Of a stretch of DNA of 64,000 nt, positions 35,815 to 46,637 are shown piece by piece; position 1 is the first letter of the stretch; every line of letters begins with the position of its first letter. The stretch is taken from the NCBI RefSeq assembly GCF_006345805.1, contig NC_043002.1:110484001-110548000 (forward strand). The letters run 5' to 3'. A model generated the notes under the pieces. That model had not been told where the DNA came from. It was given only the letters and a program-made list of their open reading frames with translations, and made no database searches. Position numbers and translations under genes: made by a program. This DNA comes from Octopus sinensis. Its lineage: Eukaryota.

Positions 35815-36506
35815 CAAATACATAGAATTAAATTAAATTAAATTTATAATACATTTTATTTATAAAATAAATCTAATTTTTGTATCCCTATAAATTCATA
35901 CTTAGCTTATATAAAACAATACTAGTATCTTCACTACTTAAAATATACTGCTTAGATTATAATTTAATTAATATATAGTGATGATGATGATGATGATGAT
36001 TAGCATGTTCTTTTATCTCAGTACTCCTTTATTAAATACCAGTAAATACCAATTGATCAATCTACATAGATACCATCTAATAAGTTAGTATTTAAGTATA
36101 TCTCTTATTATAAAAGGCAGATTTTATCTGCCTCCCTTTGTCAGTTATAGAAATATACAATATAGGATTTCTTCAATTACAATTTACTTAGCATTTTTAA
36201 GAGTAGAATGCATCGGGTTTTGCCAGGTCCACTTTTTAAAATTTAAACTCCAATTAAGCAAAATTTACAGAAAACTCACATTCTGGTGTGTATGTCAAAT
36301 GCTTTTCTTAATGTGTTTTACACCACACGCACACGCACACATACAGTGTGCAAAGAATAAAATGAAAGTAATTCACCTTTTGTAGTGAGTGACTCTTTCA
36401 GTCTGCCACTTCCTCTTTACACACATAGACACGCAAATATATCAATAAAATTGTAAGCTAACGTGCGTGTGTGTGAGTGTGTGTGTGCGTGTGTGTGTGT
36501 GTGAGG

Positions 36507-36545
<39 letters not shown>

Positions 36546-36594
36546 CGTGTGCGTGAGTGTGTGACAGGAAAGTATTTTAGAACGAATATAAGAC

Positions 36595-37520
36595 CTATAT
36601 CGGCGATGTTTCGCTTGTCGTAGCACAGGTTTCCGTCGATTTCCGTAAAAAAATTTTTTTTTACATAAGTAATGAGAGCGAAAGAGACTAAGAGAAAGCG
36701 ATTGTATGACGAGGGAAGTTCTTTTGAAGTTACCGTGCATGGGACGCATTGATGTACATGTGTGTGGTGTGTGTGTTTGATGGAGTGTGGGAGACAGACA
36801 GTATGTTTGTAAGTGAAGTGCTTCTGTTAGTGTGTGTGAAGAGACAGAGAGAGTAATGTGTGAAAGAGAGAGATAACTGAAATTTTTTACTCGGTTTATG
36901 TGTATATGTATGTATGCATGTATGTGTGTGTGTGTTGTTATGTATGTGTGTGTGTATGTATGTATGTATGGCCGATTCAGTGTTTACATTTTTTACGGAA
37001 ATCGACGGAAACGTGTGCTACGACAAGCGAAACATCGCCCCTATATCCAAGTAGCAGAAAGATCGCCCAAAAGTGTATATAGATATTTAAATGTATTTAT
37101 ATATTCATCTATACACAGATGTATGTATATGTTGTGTATATATTCCTACACGTAACCATTCACTCCGCACAAAGTTTTTTAGGACGAAAATAAGATCTAA
37201 AGTTATCTCTAAGTAGCACAGAGATCGCCCAAAAGTGTATATAGATAATAAATGTATTTATATATTCATCTATGCACACATGTATGTATAACGTGTGTGT
37301 ATATATTTCCATAGAGGTAACCATTCACTCCATACAAAGTTTTTTAGCACGAAAATAAGATCTAAAGTTATCTCTAAGAAATAGAAAGATCGCCCAAAAG
37401 TGTATATAGATATTTAAATGTATTTATATATTCATCTATACACACATGTATGTATAATGTGCGTGTATATATTTCCATAGAGGTAACCATTCAATCCATA
37501 CAAAGTTTTTTAGGACGAAA
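36595..37520. repeat. Element with 57-bp inverted repeats (36595-36652 / 36989-37045) and ~163-bp tandem repeats x2.8 (37061-37520)
   Basis: GATCGCCCAAAAGTGTATATAGATA starts at 37061, 37223 and 37388; IR GGCGATGTTTCGCTTGTCGTAGCAC..GTTTCCGTCGATTTCCGTAAAA. Confidence 0.85.
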
Positions 37521-37521
37521 A

Positions 37522-38365
37522 TATTTATATATAAAAGAAAGGTTGTGTGTCTGTCTACTCCGATTTAGATTCCTAACTACTCCCACATTTTGCGATGCAG
37601 TTTAACCAAAACGGGGTATCTTATAGTCGTGATTCATATCGAGCCCTTCTGGGTATTAGCACGCGTCTACGATGAGTCTATGATTTTACAAATAATTTAC
37701 CATCATTTTTTTCCATTTTAATGCATATTTTTAAAATAAAGGGAAGTAACTCTCAAACTTCACACCAATATGCGTGCTCATATGCGACGTAATATCATAT
37801 CAGCAGCATTTCCTCACACCCTCCTTGCACTTGGCGAAGGCAAAATACCAGGGGATGAAAATGGTAATATTGCCATCGATTCCATTTGTACCATTGTTAA
37901 GACGCCTTCTGATCTCAGAGATGCAGTGTTCCCAGATCTACAAGCTAATTATCAGAAATGGATTGGATTGGCAAAAGGCTATACTGGCCCCGAGGAATAA
38001 AACTGTTCACCATATTAATGATGAAATGCTAAAACTCATTCCTGGGGAAGTCTATGTATATCAGTCTATCGATACAACTCCTGACCCAGAGGACGTCATC
38101 AACTATCCAATAGAGGTACTCAATTCCTTTGAGCACCCCGGACTACCACCACACTTTCTCAAACTTAAAGTTGGTGCCTCTATAATGCTCATCAGAAATT
38201 TGGTTCCCCCAAAACAATGCAATGGCACACGTTTGATCGTTAAGTCCTTATCTCCCACCGTAAACTTATATCAATATTTGCCTGAATAATCATCATAATT
38301 CAGTGCAATCATTAACAGTACTTTCAAGCAATTCAGCCCCGAGCAACGCCGGGCAATTCTGCTAG
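37522..38365 (+). mobile_element. Internally deleted Helitron carrying a PIF1-like helicase fragment
   Basis: AILAPRNKTVHHINDEMLKLIPGE...GLPPHFLKLKVGASIMLIRNL...CNGTRL; Helitron 3' hairpin + CTAG|T; 5' end shared with 15113-15511. Confidence 0.9.
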
Positions 38366-38988
38366 TAATATTTATAAATATTAAACTATTTCTCTGTAAT
38401 TTCTTTTTCCTCCCTCTATTGTAGTAAAATTCAGTATATACTCAAAAGTATTCAAAAAACTTTTTATTTTGTTATAATATATAATATTCTTCTTAATAAT
38501 CTTCTGAATAACCCTAAATTTTAACTTTATACAATATGGCAATATTGTTTAAAATATTTAACTATAGTACCCCATGATAAAATTTCCCCTGTATCATAAT
38601 CAATGGTCTACTATTGACTTGCCCCTTTAATTGCCGGCTGACATCTTGATTTAAGATTTCCTTTACCAAATCTCATTGTATTGCTTCAACTTAATCTTGA
38701 TAGTTTTATGACTATACCCACTATGATTTCTGTCAACTCCCTCAGCCCCCTTCCTAACAGACACTGCTCCTTGTTCTTTGGCCTTAGATTTTGATATACA
38801 AAGGTTTGATCAACTAGACTATAAATTAAAACTGACCCCAAAAAACAGTGACAAGCAAGATCTCTAACAAGTCTTTCTTCCTGATACCTTAGTAGCTTCT
38901 AAGCTGAAGTGAAGACAGCATGTTCTTTGTCTGTCTCCTTACCTTATTGTGTCCATCTGTTTTAATTTAATTTAATGCTATATCTTTA

Positions 38989-39201
38989 TGCAGCTGAGGA
39001 TTGCTCTGCATTTAAATTGATGTAATGATTGCAATTTTCAATTAAACAGAGTTGCTTGAAACGATCGTGCTGCATTACCTCTGGATATCTTTGTTGCTTA
39101 TTTTGATTTTAATCACCTTATTTTGAAATTGTATGAATAATACCATACTAAATTCTGGTGCCTTAACGTAAGTACCTAATTCATCTGAATCAAAATTTTC
39201 A

Positions 39202-39205
<4 letters not shown>
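38989..39205 (+). ncRNA. Second copy of the 35.8-kb hammerhead family (GUG triplet, probably inactive) with downstream repeat body
   Basis: TGCAG CTGAGGA (38994-39000) ... GAAA (39058-39061) CGATCG TG CTGCA. Confidence 0.65.
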
Positions 39206-39234
<29 letters not shown>

Positions 39235-39237
<3 letters not shown>

Positions 39238-39690
39238 GGTCTGAGCAATAAGTAGCAAGACTGTTGCCATAGTAATGAAGCTAAAGCACACAGAGTGAAG
39301 CTGCTTGGCAAAGATTGACTTTGAACACTGTTGTGCATGTGTACTAAGTTTTAACGTTCTAGCTCACTTTTGCTGTTTACAGCACTGCTTGGAAGGAAGG
39401 TGTGTAGCATGTGATAGTCACATTGACAATGACAGAGAAAGGTAAGAAGAGAACCTGCATCAAATTTTGCCAAGAGCTTGGCGATACCTAATCAGAGGCC
39501 TACACAAAGTTTTCAAAAAGTCTTTATTGTCTTTGACACAATCAAGGAGATCTTGTGCAACTAAAACCTGAATGTCTTTTTGGTTAGCTGGACTGAAGTG
39601 AACCATAACTAATCTGCACATCCTCTGATAACTCACGGATGGTAATTCAAGGATTTCCTCACACAGTTGCCCACACATCTGTGATATTTT
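39235..39690. pseudogene. Rearranged mariner relic (N-terminus on +, central part on -)
   Basis: + strand: RTCIKFCQELGDT; - strand: ITIRELSEDVQISYGS...LVAQDLLDCVKDNKDFLK. Confidence 0.65.
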
Positions 39691-39904
39691 TATCAGTTCT
39701 ATTGATTGCAGGACTCTTAGATTATTGCTCCACTACACAAGGTTGTAAACCAGGAAAACAGACAGCAAGGATTCATAAACTAATTTGGATAGTACCATAT
39801 CTATAGATTTCACGGTTTGAATTATGAAAAACCCTTTTGAATCATCAGTGGTAACATACTTATGTATAATGTATTTTAACCACTTTTGTATAATGTATTT
39901 TTCA

Positions 39905-40106
39905 TATCCGTTCGTGGCCGTTTGCCAGCTGCGTCTGGCTCCTGTGTGGGTGGCACATAAAAAGCACCCACTACACTCGCGGAGTGGTTGGCGTTAGGAA
40001 GGGCATCCAGCCGTAGAAACACTGCCAGATCTGACTGGGCCTGATGCAGCCTTCTGGCTTCACAGACCCCAGTTGAACCGTCCAACCCATGCTAGCTTGG
40101 AAAACG
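39905..40106 (+). mobile_element. Family A repeat (1 unit)
   Basis: Family A body with (TGA)n tail. Confidence 0.88.
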
Positions 40107-40399
40107 GACGCTAAATGATGATGATGTAAAGCATTTGGTGATAGCCCAGATCTAGTTATAGTTAACAGTTCTATATAGACATAAGGTTTCAAATTTAGAG
40201 GAAAGGCATAATCAATTGTATGAAGCTCAGTAGTTGAGTGGTAACTCCCTTTATCAGTTTCCAGAGGGGTGATAGACAAAGTTGACTCTGTTGACCTTGG
40301 TGGAGTTTGTACTTAAAACATAAAGATCCAAACAAAGACTCTAGCAGTCAAGCGTCCATTAATGATGAGATCAAGGTTAAGTCAAAATCATGTGATCTG

Positions 40400-40620
40400 G
40401 TGTCCGCCGAGGTTGACTTTGCCTTTCATCCTTTCGGGGTCGATAAATTAAGTACCAGTTCCGCACTGGGGTTGATAAATTAAGTACCAGTTCCGCACTG
40501 GGGTCGATAAATTAAGTACCTGTTCCGCACTGGGGTCGATGTAATCGACTTAACACCTATGTCTGTCCTTGTTTGTCCCCTCTGTGTTTGGCCCCTTGTG
40601 GGTAATAAAGAAATAGGTAT
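40400..40620 (+). mobile_element. CORE-SINE with an internal 32-bp triplication
   Basis: GGGGTCGATAAATTAAGTACCAGTTCCGCACT at about 40436, 40468 and 40500. Confidence 0.88.
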
Positions 40621-40871
40621 CTGTACTGGAGATGGTGGGGATTTATCTCACCACTAGTAATATAAACAAGAGTGCTTTTTGCACCAAAAGCCAATATGAG
40701 AGTTCTCTCATGGTAACTACTGAAGTGTAGCTTGTTTTAACAGAACATCCACGTTTAAGTGGGGTTAAATACTGAAAGGTATGTTGTTCAATGTTCTAAT
40801 GATTCTGCCAATCCACTGCCAAAATATTGTATGTTGAACAATAAATAATTATTTTTACATACATATTTTTA

Positions 40872-41135
40872 CAGACTGGCTTCCATGCCGGTGGCACGTA
40901 AATGCACCAATCCGACCGTGGCCGTTGCCAGCCTTACCTGGCACCTGTGCGGGTGGCACGTAAAAAGCACCCACTACACTCACGGAGTGGTTGGCGTTAG
41001 GAAGGGCATCCAGCAGTAGAAACATTGCCAGATAAGACTGGAGCCTGGTGCAGCCTTCTGGCTTCCCAGATCCCCGGTCGAACCGTCCAACCCATGCTAG
41101 CATGGAAAGCGGACGTTAAACGATGATGATGATGA
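40872..41135 (+). mobile_element. Family A variant subfamily
   Basis: Variant 3' end CCAGATAAGACTGGAGCCTGGTGCAGCC...GGACGTTAAAC(GAT)n, also seen at 44900-45083 on the minus strand. Confidence 0.85.
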
Positions 41136-41162
41136 TAAAGAAATAAAACTATTCTACTAGAT

Positions 41163-43847
41163 CAGTGGTTCTTAACCGTTTTTGTTTTTGCAGCATCCCT
41201 TTTTAAGTAGTTTGTTATACTTCGCACCCACCAAAGTGGTGAGTGAGGTATCTTGACTAAACTAACTTAACATAGATGATCATTTGTAAATTTTACCAAA
41301 AAATGGATTGCATAGGCTTTTTAAATGATAAGAAATTAACGAAGACAAAAGTTGTAAATTTACTTCATACATTGCAAGTTAATGATTTCCCTGTACCTGA
41401 TAAAATCGAGTGAAATTTTTTATATCAATGTTCAATGTTAGTCAAAAGAAGTGATAAGTCTCTTCTTTGATTTATTGCAAGTTTATTTTGTTGCTTAGTC
41501 ATCAACTGTGACACAATATGAAGAAAAAAAATCAATGAACAATAATTTCTTACCAAAGTTGAGAATACCTGATTTGCATTTTAGGCCAGAATGATTCATA
41601 ACCAAACGGTTGAAAATATACTTGAGCCTCAAAATTATTTTTTAAGTTGATAATTTCTTTATGTAAACTTGGATGAGCAGAAGAGACATCAGAAAGAAAT
41701 GGATGTATGACCCACTCAGATACTTTAAGATCAGTAAAATCTTTAAACCTTATCCTTAAGTCTTCTTTCAGCATTTGCACATGAGAACATTAGCAATCTA
41801 TATCTGTATCTAATATTAAACTGTTTTCATTCTTTTTCTATTATGTGCAGGTTTGGGAACTGTAAAAAATCTCTCCTCAATAATCTTTTTGTTAAATGAT
41901 AATTTGCTGATAAATGCATTTATAATTCTTTTTGCTGTAATTAAATTCATATTATTTCCTTGCAATTTAATGAAAATATCAGAAAGATATACAATGTCAA
42001 CTCTTTGTTGCTTAGTTTATTACACATGTCCTCACCACATGAATGAAGAAATTCTAATACAGTATCATCTTTATATATAAAAGTGAAGTTGTGTGTCTGT
42101 CTCCTACGATTTAGATTCCTAACTACGCCCACATTTTGCGGTGCAGTTTAACCAAAACCAGGTATCTTATAGTCGTGATTCATATCGAGCCCTTCTGGGT
42201 ATTAGCGCGCGTCTATGTTGAGTCTATGATTTAAAAAAAAATTTACCATCATTTTTTTCCATTTTAATGCATTTTTTTCGCTAAGGGAAGTAAAAATGTC
42301 TACGATGAGTCAAAGATTTAAAAAAAATTTACCATCATTTTTTTTCCATTTTTAATGCATTTTTTTGCTATTTTTTTGCTATAACTCTCTAAAAATGGTT
42401 ATATAGTTATTTCCCTTACAAACCCGAGCAACGCCGGGCGATACTGCTAGTAGATCATAAAAATGTTTCAAACAATTTCTATTTAAAAGCCATTGCACCT
42501 CAGAATGAAACAATAGGCACCGAAATTTTTCTTCTTTTTCATGGCAAAGCTTCCAAAAGATAGTTATTTGGGGAAATAGGTCTTGATTTAATTTACTGTT
42601 TTAAATGCATCATTCAACACATTATGTAGTCTACCACTAAGATGTTTTGCAGCCAAGTGTTTTTGATGAATAACACAGTGAACTGCAAACATATGTGGAA
42701 TTGCTTCCTTCAAATGTGCTATAAATCCACAATAGCTGGTGTTCTACCTGTTGCTCAAGCAATAATATTTGTGAAAGAAATATTCTTAGCATTAAAAAAT
42801 TTTTAACAACCTTTTGTGTCAAGCACCATTTTTTCAGCTGATAGAAACTCTTCAATAATTTCCTGATTTGTATTTACATAATGGATGTAGGCTATTAGCA
42901 AAGATTCATTGTTGCATAAAGTTGACTCATCAAGTTTTTAAAAATTCTTCATTTTTTTCCAAGCATCACAAAGTTTACTCTCCACATCTTTTACCATGTC
43001 ATGTATTTTTACTGCTACTGTACTATTCCTAAGAGGAACTGATGCTGTTATAGCACTTTTTACCTGGGCAAATCAGAGTATACAAAATTTAATTTATAGC
43101 TGGTATGAGAAGAGTTTTGCTAATAGTATGAGGTTTTCTACATTTTGCAATTAATTTTGGAAGTTATAATTAATTGTTTATTGTTCAACATATTTGCAAG
43201 GTTTGTTTGGTAAACAACCCTTTGAGAGCAAGATGATTTTTAAAAATTATTTTTCATTTGGCAGAAATAGTCCCCATTTTCTCCAGCTTTATCTGGATGC
43301 ATTTTTTGTAAATGTTCAATCATTCTTGAAGGCTTCGTGACTTCATTTGAGAACATTTTTTCACATATCAAACATAGTGGTAATTGTTTATTATTCATAG
43401 ATGGAATAAATCCATATTTCAAATATTCACTCGAGTATTGACAGCACTTTCTTTTTCCACTCATTCTAAATTGTTAAAAGGATAATGTACACAACAATTA
43501 TATGATACATAATTATATCACTAAACAAAACATAATAGAGATCACAATAAATGAAGAAAACAAGTAAGACTATGTGCCTGAAACCAAATTTTCAAGACAG
43601 AAATATTACATTAAGACTTAATTATTCTTGTTCAAACATGTAATTAGCCAAGATATATACTTATCTCATTTAATTTTAATGACCATTACTAGTTTTATCA
43701 AATGTAGTATAATTAATACTATAGGTAAAACATAGTATGTTAATAAGGTTACTACACTTCCTCCTCACTGCCCCCTGGAGCCTATTTCCCCCTTCGACAT
43801 GCCCAGTGTCCTCTTGGGAGCAGTACCACTCATGGTCACAACCTCTG
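41163..43847 (-). mobile_element. Near full-length decayed hAT (Charlie/Buster, ZBED5-like) transposon
   Basis: Ends CAGAGGTTGTGACC (43847, minus) and CAGTGGTTCTTAACC (41163). BED finger MSGKRKCCQYSSEYLKYGFIPS...CLICEKMFSNEVTKPSRMIEHL. Degraded 8-bp TSD TACTAGAT/TACAAAAG. Confidence 0.8.
42068..42450 (+). mobile_element. Non-autonomous Helitron nested in the hAT element
   Basis: A|TC ... hairpin CTAG|T; homologous to 15113-15511. Confidence 0.88.
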
Positions 43848-44105
43848 TACAAAAGATAAAAGCAAAAGAAAAATGAAATGAGGTGAAAGGTTAAGTGGGT
43901 AAGGTTTTGATGTACAAGTTTTGCTATGAGAATGGTCAGAACACTATTTTTTTTTAGTGTTAATAATAGAAGCCAAATCAACCTGTGTTACATTTATATT
44001 CTCTCTGGGAAGGACTATCCCACATCTAATCAAAGTTGTCAGGTAGGATGGCCTTAAAAATCTGCTTAGGGTTTAGTAAAAATATATTAACTGAAGGAGT
44101 ATATA

Positions 44106-44510
44106 GGTGCAGGAGTGGCTGTGTGGTAAGTAGCTTGTTTACCAACCACATGGTTCCGGGTTCAGTCCCAGTGCGTGGCACCTTGGGCAAGTGTCTACTA
44201 CTATAGCCTCGGGCCGAATAAAGCCTTGTGAGTGGATTTGGTAGACGGAAACTGAAAGAAGCCTGTCGTATATATATATGCGTGTGTGTGTTTGTGTGTC
44301 TGTGTTTGTCCCCCTAGCATTGCTTGACAACCGATGCTGGTGTGTTTATGTCCCCGTTACTTAATGGTTCGGCACAAGAGACCGATAGAATAAGTACTGG
44401 GCTTACAAAAGAATAAGTCCCGGGGGTCGATTTGCTCGATTAAAGGTGGTGTTCCAGCATGGCTGCAGTCAAATGACTGAAACAAGTAAAAGAGTAAAAA
44501 AGTAAAGAGT
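44106..44510 (+). mobile_element. SINE family B copy
   Basis: Family B architecture. Confidence 0.9.
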
Positions 44511-44899
44511 AACTGGTTCATGGGTTATGAGAAGGCATTTTGATGAGCAGTTTACCAAACTCTTGAAAATAGGTACCAAATCATCTGTAAAAATTACTTG
44601 CAGTTGACTAGCAACCTGTCAAGGAAAGATTTAAATATCTAATACAACAATTTTAGCTGAAACTCAAACTTTTAGAAATGAAGTTTTGATCTTTGAGTAA
44701 GTGAAATATATTTGGGTTTCATAACCATTTATACTCAATATGAATAAATAAAGCCTAAGCATCACCATTTGTTTTCTTATATTTTTAAAAGATCATCAGA
44801 AACAACTTTAAACCAGATGAGTCTTTTTCCCTTATTATTCAATATATTTCTAATTTGGTTTTAGTTTCATAACTTGATTTTATATTTTTTGTCTAGAAT

Positions 44900-45083
44900 C
44901 ATCATCATCATCGTTTAACGTCCGTTCTCCATGCCAGCATGGGTTGGACGGTTCGACCGGGGATCTGGGAAGCCAGAAGGCTGCACCAGGCTCCAGTCTT
45001 ATCTGGCAATGTTTCTACAGCTGGATGCCTTTCCTAATGCCAACCACTCCGTGAGTGTAGTGGGTGCTTTTTACGTGCCACCC
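44900..45083 (-). mobile_element. Family A variant, truncated
   Basis: Reverse complement of the 3' part of 40872-41135. Confidence 0.85.
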
Positions 45084-45444
45084 GTTTCTCAGTAGAACTT
45101 TTTTCTGTATAACCCTGGTTGTAATATATTGAAAATGAAATGTGATTTTATTATTGTTCTCTTCTTTTCAGTCAGTTAAGCTAAGAGATCGATAAGATTA
45201 ATTTCTTTTGAAGTAGAACATGTGCATATTTTGTGAGGGAGGAATGAAGTTGAGTGGATTTTAATCTTAGTATTTTACTGGTACTAATTGACAAACATCC
45301 AAACATTTTTGTAAGTGGAAACATATTGTTCACCCGTTCGATCTCTGATTATACTGATTTCTACTTTAGGCACAAGGCCAATTTTCCTAGAAGAGATATA
45401 GTCAACAGACTCAACCCATGCATTATTACTAGTATCTATTTTGG

Positions 45445-45650
45445 CGAGCTGGCAGAAACGGTAGCACGCCGGGCGAAATGCGAAGCCGTATTTCGTCTGC
45501 CGTTACGTTCTGAGTTCAAATTCCGCCGAGGTTGACTTTGCCTTTCATCCTTTCGGGGTCGACAAAATTAAGTACCAGTTATGCACTGGGGTCGATGGAA
45601 TCGACTTAATCGCTTTGTCTGTCCTCTCTGTGGGTAGTAAAGAAATATAT
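45445..45650 (+). mobile_element. CORE-SINE copy
   Basis: GGCGAGCTGGCAGAAACGGTAGCACGCCGGGCGAAATG...GAGTTCAAATTCCGCC...CORE. Confidence 0.88.
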
Positions 45651-45659
45651 TTTATCGAA

Positions 45660-46594
45660 GCCGCAAGTTAGAATGTGGTGAAAAAGTAAAGTTGAAACGA
45701 GTAGGGCTTGAACTTGAAATGTGGAGTGATGACACAATCTTTCTGTCAAGTCAACGCCCTCCCAGTGATCAATAATAACCTATAACAGTGTGTCAATAGT
45801 AATGCACAGCAGTGCATTTGCATTCAACCGGCATTGTAAATGAGAGTTACCTCCCCTCATAACTGTGATGGCGACCGATGCATTGATATCCATGGATGGC
45901 ATTTATGTTCACTGATTCTACGTTGCAGACGTGAGTATCTTGCCTTTTCGCTTCATACTGTTTATTATTATTGGTTAATCGGCTGACCGAATACTTCGAT
46001 ATTACTCGAACTACACGCCAGTTGTCTTCTTTTTCCCCGACTTCCAACCAGTACTAATGTATGTGGTTACGTTTTTCACGACCGAATTCTTTTGTGTACA
46101 GATATAAACATAACTGTACGTAATTCCAAGTCACACATATGGGTGGAGGTATGTGCAAATGTCTATATTATGAATATAGATAATGTATACACATAGACGG
46201 AGTTCTACGATGCTGTTCAGTTTATTCTCTTCCGAATTGGCATGTATATTGCCTTTAATTACAACTGTCAATTATCTATATTTTATATACACTCACACGC
46301 ACCTGTCTGTCTGTCTATCTATCTATACTATACTATCTATCTGTCTATCTATCTATCTATCTATCTGTCTATCTATATATCTATCTATCTATATATCTGT
46401 CTATCTATATATCTGTCTATCTATATATCTGTCTATCTATATATCTGTCTATCTATCTATCTATCTGTCTGTCTGTCTATCTATCTCTCTGTCTGTCTAT
46501 CTATCTCTCTGTCTGTCTATCTATCTGTCTATCTATCTATCTGTCTATCTATCTATCTGTCTATCTATCTATCTATGTGTGTGTGTATACATAG

Positions 46595-46637
<43 letters not shown>

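Noticed and set aside
43753-43844. GC-rich segment with a good minus-strand acceptor and donors, apparently in frame with ORF 45847-46047
   Set aside because: It begins CAGAGGTTGTGACC...GGTACTGCTCCC, the typical terminus of Charlie-type hAT elements, and pairs with the TIR at 41163. It is a transposon end, not an exon.
45727-45914. GTGATGA ... CTGA pair resembling a C/D snoRNA
   Set aside because: The boxes are ~190 nt apart with no terminal stem.
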